Shown here: piece by piece, positions 1 through 10,380 of the stretch | How the letters are laid out: every line of letters begins with the position of its first letter | Numbering within the stretch: the stretch's first letter is position 1 | Origin: Patescibacteria group bacterium | Lineage (GTDB): Bacteria; Patescibacteriota; Patescibacteriia; Patescibacteriales; JBAZCA01 | Assembly (NCBI GenBank): GCA_041661505.1 | Contig: JBAZUF010000002.1 | Coordinates: 12,201 to 76,200 of the forward strand | Reading direction: 5' to 3' | Length of the DNA stretch: 64,000 bases | Program-made: the position numbers and the translations under genes | The notes under the pieces: generated by a model | The model's input: the letters and a program-made list of their open reading frames with translations, nothing else | What the model was told of the DNA's origin: nothing | Databases searched by the model: none

Positions 1-64
1 ATTTGAAAAAGTCAAAGAACTGGGTAAACTGAAAGCCGTTTCAACCGATCCCAGCCCTAATTAA
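1..64 (+). CDS. 3' end of a CDS truncated by the window edge (possibly the alpha subunit of the adjacent 2-oxoacid:ferredoxin oxidoreductase)
   Basis: Only frame 2 is open from the edge (...FEKVKELGKLKAVSTDPSPN*, TAA at 62-64). It ends 13 nt before the beta-subunit gene. Function is guessed from context only. Confidence 0.3.
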   Translation, partial: FEKVKELGKLKAVSTDPSPN

Positions 65-77
65 TCTCGAAGCAATT

Positions 78-998
78 ATGCAAAAATCCATAGCCGTAAA
101 ACCAAAATCAAAACAATTATTATCCCCGGGCCACCGGGCCTGCGCCGGTTGCACGCAATTGATTGCCGCCCGCACGGTGGCCGAAGCTTTGGGCCCGAAT
201 ACCATTATCGCGAACGCGACCGGATGCCTTGAGGTAACAACCACTCCCTACCCCGAATCGGCCTGGGGCATGCCTTGGATCCATTCTCTGTTCGAAAACG
301 CGTCGTCCGTCGCTTCCGGCGTTCAAGCGGCCTTAATCCACAAAGCCAAGATGAAACAAACCGGCTTGCCTTTGCCAAAAGTAGTTGCCCAGGGCGGCGA
401 CGGCGGAACCTTTGATATCGGATTCGGAAACATAAGCGGGATGTGGGAACGGGGCGAAGATATTTTGTATATCTGCTATGACAACGAAGCTTACGCCAAT
501 ACCGGCGTCCAGGCTTCGGGCGCCACTCCGCCGGGCGCCAATACGACGACCTCGCCGGCCGGCATTGCGTCAGTCGGATCTGAACTAAGGAAAAAAGATA
601 TGGTTGCGGTCGCCCTGGCGCACGGATTAAGGTACGTTGCCCAAACTACCGCCGGCTTTCCAATTGACATTGCCGCGAAAGTTAAAAAGGCAGTGGCAAC
701 GCCCGGCCCAAGCTATATCCAGATTATGGTCCCTTGCATTCCGGGCTGGGGAATCGAGCCGGCGGACGGGATTAAGCTCGGAAAATTAGGCGCCCAAACC
801 GGCCTTTATCCGGTAATCGAATATGTTAACGGCCAGCTATCGGGCTCCATGAAAGTCTCAAAACCGGCGCCCCGAGTCGAAGAATACCTAAAGATGCAAA
901 GAAGATTTTCTCATCTCTTTAAATCCGAGGCCGGAAAAAAACAAATCGAATTTTTACAGCTGGTCGCGGACGAAAATATTAGAAAGTATCAGCTCTAG
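78..998 (+). CDS. porB: Pyruvate/2-oxoacid:ferredoxin oxidoreductase, beta (TPP-binding) subunit
   Basis: 306-aa ORF with an N-terminal Cys motif (HRACAGC) and the TPP-binding block GDGGTFDIGFGNISG...YDNEAYANTGVQAS typical of POR/OFOR beta subunits. Confidence 0.85.
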   Translation: MQKSIAVKPKSKQLLSPGHRACAGCTQLIAARTVAEALGPNTIIANATGCLEVTTTPYPESAWGMPWIHSLFENASSVASGVQAALIHKAKMKQTGLPLPKVVAQGGDGGTFDIGFGNISGMWERGEDILYICYDNEAYANTGVQASGATPPGANTTTSPAGIASVGSELRKKDMVAVALAHGLRYVAQTTAGFPIDIAAKVKKAVATPGPSYIQIMVPCIPGWGIEPADGIKLGKLGAQTGLYPVIEYVNGQLSGSMKVSKPAPRVEEYLKMQRRFSHLFKSEAGKKQIEFLQLVADENIRKYQL

Positions 999-1001
999 AA
1001 T

Positions 1002-2366
1002 ATGAAATTCGAACAACCAAAATTTCCTCCCGCTGATGAAGAAGCCCTCCCTCAAAAACAATATACGAGGAGGGGCTTTTTAAAATTTATGGGTGCGGCG
1101 GCGGGAGTATTAGCGGCAAAAAGACTAGAAGCCGGCGTCGGAGGGCTTGCTAAGCCAGAGATAAATCAAAGTATTTTAAAAAAACCAGCGATTGAAGATC
1201 AAATACGAATAGAAAGGAGCGAACAGAAAGAAAAAGTGGAAGTAACGCCGGAGTATGATAGAAAACTTGAGAGAATTTTACTTTCCATGCCTACAAGGAA
1301 TAAAGAAAAAGACGATGAACTGGAACATAAAAAATTAATCTATAGGACTTTCCACGATTTATTAATTAAGCTTCCGGCTTATTCACAGATAGAAATCATA
1401 GTAAATGAGAATGAAGCTGATTATGCGAAAGAAGTGCTCCGGGTTCTGGAGCTGGAATGCGAAGACGGGGTTCGCCTGCTTGATAGAGTAAACTGGCACT
1501 TAATAAAAGAAGATACCGAAGTCGACCAGTGGGCGCAGGACTTTGGTGAGGCAATAAAAACCAATGGGCGGGAGAATTTTTTGATTCCTATGGAGTTTGA
1601 TGAAAAAAAGTTTTTCCCGAAGGATGTGAAAAGAAACCGGGCAAGAAAAAAGCTTCTAAAAGAATACTTCAGCGGACCGGATACAATTCAGGCGGATTTT
1701 TATTTCGATGGCGGCAACGTGTCCTTTGACCAAACTCCTTCCGGCCTAAGAGTCTTTATCGGCTACAATGACATATTTTATACGGTCGCGAATTATCAGG
1801 CCAAAGGGATAAATATAAGCCTTGAAGAGGCGGCCAAAAAAGTATCACGCCAATTTGGCGGAGCCGAAATTATAGTAATGGGCAATAAAGAGCAAAAAGA
1901 TGTTTGCTATCATATTGACCAGTCGTTTGTAATGCTTGGCGGCGGAGTGGCGGCGATGAGTCAGTGCACCGACAATCCGCAATCGCCGGTTGCAAAGCAG
2001 TTGCGATACCAAAAATCCCAGCTGGAAAGCTTGGGATATAAAATCATTGAAATCGGCCATAGCCTTGAAGAACTGGAAAACTCCTATACTTCAGTCAATG
2101 CTATCCCTTTTATCGATAAAATTACCGGCGAACGAAAAATAATTTTCCCGGTTTTTCCCGGAGAAATTTCACCGGATAAATATAACAAGAAAGTAATAGA
2201 TGAAGCGGATTTACAAGGCAAGGCATCGTCCGCTTTTATTGCCTACAAATCCGCCGGATACATGCCAATTCCAGTGAGAGATTATGCTAATATTAATAAA
2301 GGCAATACTCACTGCATTTCTAATGTTTTAGCTGGCTTGGAAAATAAGAGTAAAATAGCGGCTTAA
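1002..2366 (+). CDS. Tat-signal protein with an agmatine deiminase / Porphyromonas-type peptidylarginine deiminase-like (guanidino-group modifying) domain
   Basis: 454-aa ORF starting 3 nt after the porB stop. It has a twin-arginine motif (TRRGFLKFMGAAAGVLAA). GME-fold landmarks occur in the expected order: DQWAQDFGE, FYFDGGNV, CYHIDQSF, SYTSVNAIPF and C-terminal GNTHCISN (catalytic Cys position). Confidence 0.6.
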   Translation: MKFEQPKFPPADEEALPQKQYTRRGFLKFMGAAAGVLAAKRLEAGVGGLAKPEINQSILKKPAIEDQIRIERSEQKEKVEVTPEYDRKLERILLSMPTRNKEKDDELEHKKLIYRTFHDLLIKLPAYSQIEIIVNENEADYAKEVLRVLELECEDGVRLLDRVNWHLIKEDTEVDQWAQDFGEAIKTNGRENFLIPMEFDEKKFFPKDVKRNRARKKLLKEYFSGPDTIQADFYFDGGNVSFDQTPSGLRVFIGYNDIFYTVANYQAKGINISLEEAAKKVSRQFGGAEIIVMGNKEQKDVCYHIDQSFVMLGGGVAAMSQCTDNPQSPVAKQLRYQKSQLESLGYKIIEIGHSLEELENSYTSVNAIPFIDKITGERKIIFPVFPGEISPDKYNKKVIDEADLQGKASSAFIAYKSAGYMPIPVRDYANINKGNTHCISNVLAGLENKSKIAA

Positions 2367-2378
2367 TGATCTATATAG

Positions 2379-2409
2379 AAAAACGCCCCACAGAGTGCGG
2401 GGCGTTTTT
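2379..2409. terminator. Bidirectional rho-independent terminator between convergent genes
   Basis: Perfect 11-bp stem aaaaacgcccc / ggggcgttttt with a 9-nt loop. A/T runs flank both sides. It lies between the stop at 2366 (+) and the rpoC stop at 2423 (-). Confidence 0.8.
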
Positions 2410-2422
2410 CTATCTCAATTTT

Positions 2423-5400
2423 TTAAATATGAATATATTTCTTCTTCGGATTAAACCCGGTTCCGGCCGGAATCAACCTCCCGATAATTACGTTTTCCTT
2501 CAAGCCCTCGAGATAATCAATCTTGCCGTTAATCGCCGCGTCAATTAAAACGCTCGAAGTGTTTTGGAAGGAAGCGGCCGACAAGAAGCTATTAGTAGTA
2601 AGGGACGACTTGGTAATACCGAGTAAAAGCACTTCACCCTGGGCTTCCCGGGATTTTTTGGATTTAGCCTCAATATTAGCCCGTTCAAAAACCGCCTTTT
2701 CAACGATTTCACCGGACAAAAGATCGGTGTCTCCGGCGTCCTGGACATACAAACGGGAAAACATCTGTTTGGAAATTATCTCGATATGCTTTTCGTTTAG
2801 GGGCTGGCCCTGGGAGGAATAGACGAACTGAATTTCCTTAATAATATTTTTCTGGGCTTCGTATTTGCCTTTTAGCCGGTAAAGCTGCTGCAAATCAAGG
2901 GAACCTTCGGTTAGCTGGTCGCCCTTTTTGACTATGTCGCCGTTTTTAACCCAGATGCCAAAGCCTTTGGGGATAAGGAACTCCTTAACTTTTTCCGCCG
3001 CCACCTTAACCTTGACGCATTTTTTCTCAATCTGGATAACCCCTCCGCTTTTGGCTTTTACCTCTTTATTGCCGATGGTAAATAAGGTCTGATTGGCTTT
3101 GACTTCATCGCCGTCTTTAACCGACAATTTCGGCTTAATCGCCCCTTTTTCCTCTTTTGTCATTCTGCCCGCTTTCTTTCTTTCGGACTCGGCTTCTTTT
3201 ATGGCTTCGGCAAAATAATATTTTTCCGAATCAGTCCCTTCATAATAAATTTTCAATATCTTTACCTGGGGATTAGTTACGGTCATCTTGCCCCGCTCAT
3301 CCTCAATCACCCGCTCGCCGGTTTCAATTTCGACCCGGCCGGTTACGTCGGCCATATAGGCTTTTCTTTTCGGCGGCCGGGCTTCAAAAATTTCTTCCAC
3401 TCTCGGGAGACCTTGGGTAATATCTTCTAGTCCCGCGACTCCTCCGGTATGGAAAGTTCTCATAGTGAGCTGGGTGCCGGGCTCGCCGATCGACTGGGCG
3501 GCGATAATCCCTACCGCCGTACCCATCTGGACCAATTTATTATAGCCTAAATCAAATCCGTAGCACTTAGCGCAGACTCCGCGGTTTAATTTACAGGAAA
3601 GCACCGACCGGATTTTCGCTTCAAGCACATTCTCTTTGGCAATATCTTCGGAGATTTTTTCGGTAACCATTTCGCCTTTCTTAATAAGGACTTTGCCTTT
3701 GGCGTTAACTAAATCCGCCGCCATTACCCGGCCGATCAGCCGTTTGTACATCGGCGTTCCCATCTCATCGCCTTCGGATTTGGTAATTAAAATTCCATCA
3801 TCATCGCCACAATCGTCCTTGGTTATAATTACATCCTGGGCGACGTCAATCAGCCGGCGGGTAAGATACCCGGCGTTCGCCGTCCGGAGAGCCGTGTCAG
3901 ACAAACCTTTGCGGACGCCGTGGGTGGAAATAAAATATTCCAAAACTTCAAACCCGGTCTTAAAATTTCCTTTGACCGGCAATTCGATAATATCTCCGGT
4001 CGGGGAAGTTACCAATCCCTTCATCCCCAAAATCTGCGTCAGCTGGGCCCAGGATCCGCGCGCCCCGGATTCAATCATCGAGTAAATCGGGCCGTCTATT
4101 GGGAGGCTGGCTTTGCAAATTTCAGTTACCCGGTCTTTTACTCCGGTCCAAAGCTCGATAATTTTTGAATAGCGCTCGGAATCGGTTAATAGCCCTTCCT
4201 CATATTGCTCCTGAATTATATCTACCTGCTTTTCCGCCGCGTTTACCAATTCGTCCCGTTCCGGCATTGGCGGCAAGTCATCAATCCCCCAAGAAAGGCC
4301 GGATTTGGTTATATAATCAAAACTGGTATTTTTAAAATTGTCGAGGAAATCCACGGTTTCATCTTCCGAGTAATAGAGTAAGCATTTCCGGATCAGCTTT
4401 TTTAGCATACCCTTATCAACCACTTCGTTGATGTAGCGCAATTTTTCCGGTAAAACTTCGTTAAAGATTACCCGGCCGACGCTGGTTTCGATAAGCTCTT
4501 TTCCCATTTTAATTTTAACCAGCTTATTTAGTTTTATGTATCCGAGTTCATAAGCCAGTTTAGCTTCTTCGGGGCCGGAATAATATTTCGTAATCTTCTT
4601 GGTTTCTTTTCCGTCTTTAGCCGGAGCATCGTCTAAAATATTAGTAAGGTAAAAAGACCCCCAAACCATATCCTGGGAAGGCGCGACAATCGGATCGCCG
4701 GTGGCCGGCTTTAAGAGGTTATGGGAAGAAAGCATCAAATCGCGCGCTTCGGTAATTGCCTCTTCGGTAAGAGGAACATGGACCGCCATCTGGTCGCCGT
4801 CAAAGTCGGCGTTAAAAGCCGAACAAACTAAAGGATGGATCTGAATGGCCTTGCCTTCAATTAATATCGGGCGGAAAGCCTGGATGCCGAGGCGGTGCAG
4901 GGTAGGGGCGCGGTTTAAGAGAACGTACGATTTCTGAATAATGTTTTCCAGAATGTCCCATACTTCATTATGCCCGGCTTCGATATATCTTCCCGCGCTC
5001 CGGACATTATGGACCAGCCCCATTTCAATCAGCTTGCTTATGACAAAAGGCTTAAAAAGCTCCAAAGCCATGACTTTCGGCAGGCCGCATTCATAAAGCC
5101 GCAATTTCGGATTGACCACGATCACGCTTCGGCCGGAATAATCAACTCTTTTTCCCAAAAGGTTCTGACGGAAACGCCCCTGCTTTCCTTTTAATGAATC
5201 GGCCAGAGACTTTAAATTTCTTTTTTGGCCGGTAGAGGCGGTAACGGTTTTAGTATGCCGGGCCGAATTATCTATAAGCGCGTCAACGGCTTCTTGCAGC
5301 ATTCTTTTTTCATTGCGGCAAATAACTTCCGGCGCGTTTAATTCAATCAGCTGTTTTAAGCGATTATTGCGGTTGATTACGCGGCGGTACAAGTCGTTTA

Positions 5401-6418
5401 GATCCGAAGTGGCAAACCGGCCTCCGTCCAAGGCTACCATCGGCCTCAAATCCGGCGGTATAACCGGAATTATCGACAAAATCATCCATTCCGGACGGAT
5501 GCCGTTATGGTGGAAGCTTTTGGACAGCTTCAATCTTTTGATCAATTTTTCCTTCTTTGATTCAACCGCGCCATCAAGCTCTTCTTCCAATTGCTTGATG
5601 CTTTTTTCCAGGTTAATTTTTTCTAAAAGCTTTCTTATCGCTTCGGCTCCGATGCCGGCTTCAAAAATATGGCCGTATTTCAAACTCAAATCCTGATAAG
5701 CATTCTCCGAAATTATAGCCATCGGCTTCAAATCTTTCAATTCTTTATTAGCTTTTTCGAAAGCCTGGCTTAAATCGCTTATCTTTTCTTCTTTAATTTT
5801 CTCCAAAGCTTCAATCTCCTTAGTTAGAATATTATTCACCGCGGCTTCATCGTCTTTCTTCTCCGATAAAAGTTTTCCTCTTTTACTCTTTACTTCATTA
5901 GCCTGCTTTTTAAAATCATTTTCAATCTGGGTTTTTTTGGATTTATACTCCTCTTTGATTTGCGAAATGGTATCTTGCTTCAATTGCTCGTTAACATCGA
6001 TTATTACGAAGCTGGCGAAATAAATTACCTTTTCCAGAGACTGCATGGAAAGGTCTAATATAATTCCCAGCTTTGACGACAGCCCGCGCAAAAACCAGAT
6101 ATGTGAAACCGGGGATTCGAGCCGAATATGGCCCATCCTTATCCGGCGGACAATGCTTCTTGTTACTTCCACACCGCACTTATCACAGACGATTCCCTTA
6201 TAGCGGATCTTTTTGTATTTCCCGCAGTAGCATTCCCAATCTTTGGAAGGCCCGAAAATCCTCTCGCAAAACAAACCGTCTTTCTCCGGCTTCTGGGTGC
6301 GGTAATTAATCGTCTCCGGCTTTAAAACCTCCCCGTGCGACCAGGACAAAATATCTTCGGGCGAAGCCAGTTTAAGCTTTATCGCCTCAAAGTCGGTTGT
6401 TTTTATTGGATTTAACAT
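2423..6418 (-). CDS. rpoC: DNA-directed RNA polymerase beta-prime subunit
   Basis: 1331 aa with the catalytic NADFDGDQMAVHVP motif and an N-terminal zinc motif (CYCGKYKKIRYKGIVCDKCG). A coiled-coil lineage-specific insertion spans about aa 140-300. Confidence 0.98.
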   Translation of the reverse strand: MLNPIKTTDFEAIKLKLASPEDILSWSHGEVLKPETINYRTQKPEKDGLFCERIFGPSKDWECYCGKYKKIRYKGIVCDKCGVEVTRSIVRRIRMGHIRLESPVSHIWFLRGLSSKLGIILDLSMQSLEKVIYFASFVIIDVNEQLKQDTISQIKEEYKSKKTQIENDFKKQANEVKSKRGKLLSEKKDDEAAVNNILTKEIEALEKIKEEKISDLSQAFEKANKELKDLKPMAIISENAYQDLSLKYGHIFEAGIGAEAIRKLLEKINLEKSIKQLEEELDGAVESKKEKLIKRLKLSKSFHHNGIRPEWMILSIIPVIPPDLRPMVALDGGRFATSDLNDLYRRVINRNNRLKQLIELNAPEVICRNEKRMLQEAVDALIDNSARHTKTVTASTGQKRNLKSLADSLKGKQGRFRQNLLGKRVDYSGRSVIVVNPKLRLYECGLPKVMALELFKPFVISKLIEMGLVHNVRSAGRYIEAGHNEVWDILENIIQKSYVLLNRAPTLHRLGIQAFRPILIEGKAIQIHPLVCSAFNADFDGDQMAVHVPLTEEAITEARDLMLSSHNLLKPATGDPIVAPSQDMVWGSFYLTNILDDAPAKDGKETKKITKYYSGPEEAKLAYELGYIKLNKLVKIKMGKELIETSVGRVIFNEVLPEKLRYINEVVDKGMLKKLIRKCLLYYSEDETVDFLDNFKNTSFDYITKSGLSWGIDDLPPMPERDELVNAAEKQVDIIQEQYEEGLLTDSERYSKIIELWTGVKDRVTEICKASLPIDGPIYSMIESGARGSWAQLTQILGMKGLVTSPTGDIIELPVKGNFKTGFEVLEYFISTHGVRKGLSDTALRTANAGYLTRRLIDVAQDVIITKDDCGDDDGILITKSEGDEMGTPMYKRLIGRVMAADLVNAKGKVLIKKGEMVTEKISEDIAKENVLEAKIRSVLSCKLNRGVCAKCYGFDLGYNKLVQMGTAVGIIAAQSIGEPGTQLTMRTFHTGGVAGLEDITQGLPRVEEIFEARPPKRKAYMADVTGRVEIETGERVIEDERGKMTVTNPQVKILKIYYEGTDSEKYYFAEAIKEAESERKKAGRMTKEEKGAIKPKLSVKDGDEVKANQTLFTIGNKEVKAKSGGVIQIEKKCVKVKVAAEKVKEFLIPKGFGIWVKNGDIVKKGDQLTEGSLDLQQLYRLKGKYEAQKNIIKEIQFVYSSQGQPLNEKHIEIISKQMFSRLYVQDAGDTDLLSGEIVEKAVFERANIEAKSKKSREAQGEVLLLGITKSSLTTNSFLSAASFQNTSSVLIDAAINGKIDYLEGLKENVIIGRLIPAGTGFNPKKKYIHI

Positions 6419-6488
6419 ACTTATATTGATAATTTATTGTTAATCGACGACGGCTTGCCTGCCTAAAGAGAATCAAAGGCAAGACTAG

Positions 6489-9400
6489 TTATACTTTTTC
6501 TTCGCCTTTTTCCGGCGCGTTTTTCATGGCGTCTTTTTCCTTTAGAGCTCCGTTTCTATCGGCGCCGGACCGATCTTTATTTCCAACTGCCCCTCGGTAG
6601 CTGGAAAAATCTCCGCCTTCGCGCCGTTCATCCTTGTCGCTTATATAATCTTCGCCAAAATCAACCTTTTGCATATCCTCATTCAATAGTTCAACATCCA
6701 GACCCAGTCCTTTTAGTTCGCGAACCAATACATTAAACGATTCCGGCACATTCAGTTTGCGGATAGTTTCGCCTTTAATAATCGATTCGTAGGCTTTTGA
6801 CCGGCCCGGCACATCATCGGATTTGATAGTCAGCATTTCCTGCAGAGTATGCGAAGCGCCATAGCCTTCCAAAGCCCAGACTTCCATTTCTCCGAACCGC
6901 TGGCCGCCGAACTGGGCTTTTCCGCCCAAAGGCTGCTGGGTAATTAAAGAGTAAGGCCCGATTGATCTTTGGTGGACCTTGTCTTCTACCATATGGTTCA
7001 GCTTTAACATATATTTATAGCCCACGGTTATTTTGTGGTCGTACGGCACGCCGGTTTTCCCGTCGTATAGCATTACCTTTCCGTCATCAGAGAGCCCCGC
7101 GCGCTTTAATTCGTCGCGGATTACTTTTTCTTTAATTCCGTTTAAAGGCGGAGTGGCGACCTTGTAGCCCAGTTTTTTCGCCGCGAAGCCGAAATGGGTT
7201 TCTAAAAGCTGTCCCAGGTTCATACGGGAAATAATCCCCAAAGGGGACAAGATAATATCGACCTGGGTACCGTCTTCCAAATAAGGCATATCTTCGGCCG
7301 GAACAATTTTTGAAATTACGCCTTTGTTTCCATGGCGCCCGGCCATTTTGTCGCCGATCTGGATTTTTCTTAAATTAGCGACCGATACCTGGATATTTTT
7401 AATTACGCCCGAAGACAATTTGTCGCCGTCTTCGCGGGAGAAAATTTTTATGTCCACTACTTTTCCATGCTCGCCGTGTTCAAGATATAAAGATGAATCG
7501 CGGACATCTTTGGCTTTTTCCCCGAAAATCGCCCGCAGAAGTTTTTCTTCGGCCGAGAGTTCAGTCTCGCCTTTGGGAGTAATTTTTCCAACCAAAATAT
7601 CGCCGGAGGACACCTTAGCGCCGATCCGGACAATTCCCTCTTCGTCCAAATTCTTTAATTTTTCTTCCGAGATATTGGGGATGTCGGACGTTACCACTTC
7701 AGGACCCAGCTTGGTATCGCGGACGTCGATTGAATAATCCTCTATATAAATCGAAGTATAAACATCATTTGAAACCATGTGTTCGGAAATAATTATCGCG
7801 TCTTCATAATTATATCCTTCCCAGGTCATAAAGGCGACCAAAACATTTTTTCCGAGCGCCAGTTCGCCCTTGTCAATCGCGGATGAATCGGTAAGCACTT
7901 GCCCTTTTTTAATTTTATCGCCCTTGGATACGATCGGGCGCTGGTTGATGCAGGTTGAGGCGTTGGACCTTAAAAATTTTGTTAAATTATAGCTGGAGGT
8001 CTTCCCGCCTTTTTCGCGGATTACGATCGAACCGCTGTCGGCCTTAGCTACTTCCCCGTCTTCTTCGGCAATTAATATATGGCCCGAATAGCGGGCGGCC
8101 AGACTTTCCACGCCGGTGCCGATAATCGGCGCTTCGGCAGTAATCAAAGGCACGGCCTGGCGCTGCATGTTCGTTCCCATCAAGGCCCTTTGCCCGTCAT
8201 CGTGCTCCATGAAAGGAATAAGCGAAGTGGCGACCGAAATTATCTGGTTGGCGGCTACGCCCATGTAATCGATTTTTACGACTTCGTCCGTCGCTGGCTG
8301 GCCGTATTTTCTCACTTCAGTCCTTTCAACCAAAAAGTGGCCGTTTTCGTCAATCGGCGTGGTGGCGGCGGTAGTGATTTTCCGCTCCTCTTCTAGGGCG
8401 TCGAGATAAACTATCTCGCCGGTAACTACCGGAACTATAGGGATAGTAATATGGTGCGGAACTTTTTCATGGATTTCTTTGGCCTTTTCTTTGGTTATAA
8501 TCTCCTTGGCGCGGACGATCAGCTTGCCTTTTATTTCTTGCGCGTCCTCGTTTTTATTTTTTGATTCTTTGAATTTAATTTCGTAGATATCTTCCCGGGC
8601 GATTTTCCCTTCGGTAATTTTCGGGTTGTTTTCGATATCATGCAAAACTTTCCGGTAAGGCGCTTCTAAAAATCCATAGTTATTCAGCCTGGCAAAACTT
8701 GCTAAGTGGTTTACTAAACCGATATTCGGGCCTTCCGGAGTGGCAATCGGGCAAATCCGGCCGTAATGGGTCGAGTGCACGTCGCGGACGTCGAATCCGG
8801 CCCGCTCCCGGGTAAGCCCTCCCGGTCCCATGGCGGACAGCCTCCGCTTATGTTCCAGTTCAGATAAAGGATTGGTCTGGTCCATAAATTGCGAAAGCTG
8901 GGAAGACATGAAAAATTCCCGGACTACGCCGATTACCGGCCGGGCATTGATCAATTTATTTGGGGTAAGCGCGGCCATGTCGATAGTACTCATCCGGTCG
9001 CGGATAATGCGCTCCATCCGGGCTAAACCAACCCGGAATTTATTTTGCAAAAGCTCTCCGATCGCCCTTACGCGGCGGTTCCCCAGATGGTCGATATCGT
9101 CTTCTTTTTTCTGGGTAATATTCAGGCGGATGATTTCCTTAATAATGGACGCCAAATCTTCTTTTCTTAAAATCCTCGTTTCTTTATTGATCGGGATGTC
9201 GAAATTAAAGCGCTTATTCAGCTTATAGCGCCCGACCCGCCCGAAATCATAGCGGTCAAAGCGGAAAAACATCGAATAAATAAGCTGGCGCGCGTTGTCG
9301 GTTGTCGCCAAATCGCCCGGCCGGATTCGTTTATAGACTTCCCGGAGTCCGTCGGCTTCGTTGGCGGAAGTATCTTTATTGATTGTCGCTTCAATATAGT

Positions 9401-10040
9401 CTTGCGATTCGTCCAATTCTTTGTATATATCCTTAAACAGGCTCACTATTTCTTCATCTGACCCAAAGCCGAAAGCGCGCAGAAGCGCGGTGGCGGCGAC
9501 TTTCCTTTTCCGGTCGATCCTGACCCAGATTACTTTATTAGCGTCAGTTTCAAATTCAAGCCAGGCGCCGCGGTTAGGAATTATCTTTGCCCCGTAATAC
9601 TTCCGCCCGCGGATGTTTTCCGAGGAAAAAATTACGCCGGCCGAGCGGATTAATTGGGATACGACTACTCTTTCAATGCCGTTAATAATGAAAGTGCCGT
9701 TTTTGGTCATGATCGGCAGGTCGCCCAAAAAGACTTCCTGGGTCGAAGACTGCCCGGTCCGCTTGTTGGATAATCTTGTCTTTACCCGAAGCGGCGCTTC
9801 GTAGGTGATATTTTTCGCTTTTGATTCCACTTCATTGAATTTCGGCTCATCCAGATAGTAATCCTCAAAATATAATTCCAAATCCCGCCCAATAAAATCG
9901 GTTACCGGGGAAATTTCATCAAAAAGGTCAGCCAGCCCTTCAGCCAAAAACCAATCAAAAGAATTTTTCTGCAGTTCTATCAAATTAGGCGTAAAGGAAA
10001 TCTTGGGGGATTGGTTAAAATATTTTCGTTCGTTAGACAT
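6489..10040 (-). CDS. rpoB: DNA-directed RNA polymerase beta subunit
   Basis: 1183 aa with conserved blocks GDKMAGRHGNKGVISKI, NYEDAIIISE and GGQRFGEMEVWALEGYGA. It lies directly upstream of rpoC and has a roughly 60-aa low-complexity acidic/Gly C-terminal tail. Confidence 0.98.
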   Translation of the reverse strand: MSNERKYFNQSPKISFTPNLIELQKNSFDWFLAEGLADLFDEISPVTDFIGRDLELYFEDYYLDEPKFNEVESKAKNITYEAPLRVKTRLSNKRTGQSSTQEVFLGDLPIMTKNGTFIINGIERVVVSQLIRSAGVIFSSENIRGRKYYGAKIIPNRGAWLEFETDANKVIWVRIDRKRKVAATALLRAFGFGSDEEIVSLFKDIYKELDESQDYIEATINKDTSANEADGLREVYKRIRPGDLATTDNARQLIYSMFFRFDRYDFGRVGRYKLNKRFNFDIPINKETRILRKEDLASIIKEIIRLNITQKKEDDIDHLGNRRVRAIGELLQNKFRVGLARMERIIRDRMSTIDMAALTPNKLINARPVIGVVREFFMSSQLSQFMDQTNPLSELEHKRRLSAMGPGGLTRERAGFDVRDVHSTHYGRICPIATPEGPNIGLVNHLASFARLNNYGFLEAPYRKVLHDIENNPKITEGKIAREDIYEIKFKESKNKNEDAQEIKGKLIVRAKEIITKEKAKEIHEKVPHHITIPIVPVVTGEIVYLDALEEERKITTAATTPIDENGHFLVERTEVRKYGQPATDEVVKIDYMGVAANQIISVATSLIPFMEHDDGQRALMGTNMQRQAVPLITAEAPIIGTGVESLAARYSGHILIAEEDGEVAKADSGSIVIREKGGKTSSYNLTKFLRSNASTCINQRPIVSKGDKIKKGQVLTDSSAIDKGELALGKNVLVAFMTWEGYNYEDAIIISEHMVSNDVYTSIYIEDYSIDVRDTKLGPEVVTSDIPNISEEKLKNLDEEGIVRIGAKVSSGDILVGKITPKGETELSAEEKLLRAIFGEKAKDVRDSSLYLEHGEHGKVVDIKIFSREDGDKLSSGVIKNIQVSVANLRKIQIGDKMAGRHGNKGVISKIVPAEDMPYLEDGTQVDIILSPLGIISRMNLGQLLETHFGFAAKKLGYKVATPPLNGIKEKVIRDELKRAGLSDDGKVMLYDGKTGVPYDHKITVGYKYMLKLNHMVEDKVHQRSIGPYSLITQQPLGGKAQFGGQRFGEMEVWALEGYGASHTLQEMLTIKSDDVPGRSKAYESIIKGETIRKLNVPESFNVLVRELKGLGLDVELLNEDMQKVDFGEDYISDKDERREGGDFSSYRGAVGNKDRSGADRNGALKEKDAMKNAPEKGEEKV

Positions 10041-10182
10041 AAAATACGCTCAATCCCTTCCCTCCGCTTACGGATGGCAATGGAATTGAGTTGGCTTTAA
10101 CTTATTAAATTAAGAAGAGGCTAAAATCCTTGGACACTTATTTATATCGAAAATTTAGTTAACAATTTTTTGCAAAAACACA

Positions 10183-10236
10183 AAAAAAACGGTTTCCTTC
10201 TCCCTGCCGGCGGCAGGATTCAATTCCGTTTTTTTC
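10183..10236 (-). promoter_or_regulatory. Terminator-like structure inside the rpoB 5' leader (candidate attenuator)
   Basis: On the minus strand AAAAAAACGG pairs with CCGTTTTTTTT. These arms enclose an inner CCTGCC/GGCAGG hairpin, and a T8 run follows. Confidence 0.35.
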
Positions 10237-10380
10237 TGATAGTTCCTTCCCGATACGCGTTTTTCCGCCTCTTTTCAAATATGACGATTAAATTATTTAA
10301 AATTTGCGAAAAAACAACCCAAAAATGAGATTCTTTTTAATTAGATTTATATTAACAAAAACTTTTATGAAAGTCAAGAC

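Noticed and set aside
3636-4085. 149-aa plus-strand ORF (and several similar ones, for example 5313-5696, 7324-7737, 8830-9228) inside rpoC/rpoB
   Set aside because: These lie entirely antisense to highly conserved RNA polymerase coding sequence. They are low-complexity and Ser/Pro/Ile-rich with no start context, which is typical of shadow ORFs.
6489-6680. Low-complexity acidic/Gly-rich C-terminal extension of RpoB (about 60 aa) as a novel domain
   Set aside because: Lineage-specific disordered tails on RNAP subunits are common, and nothing in the sequence indicates a structured or functional module.
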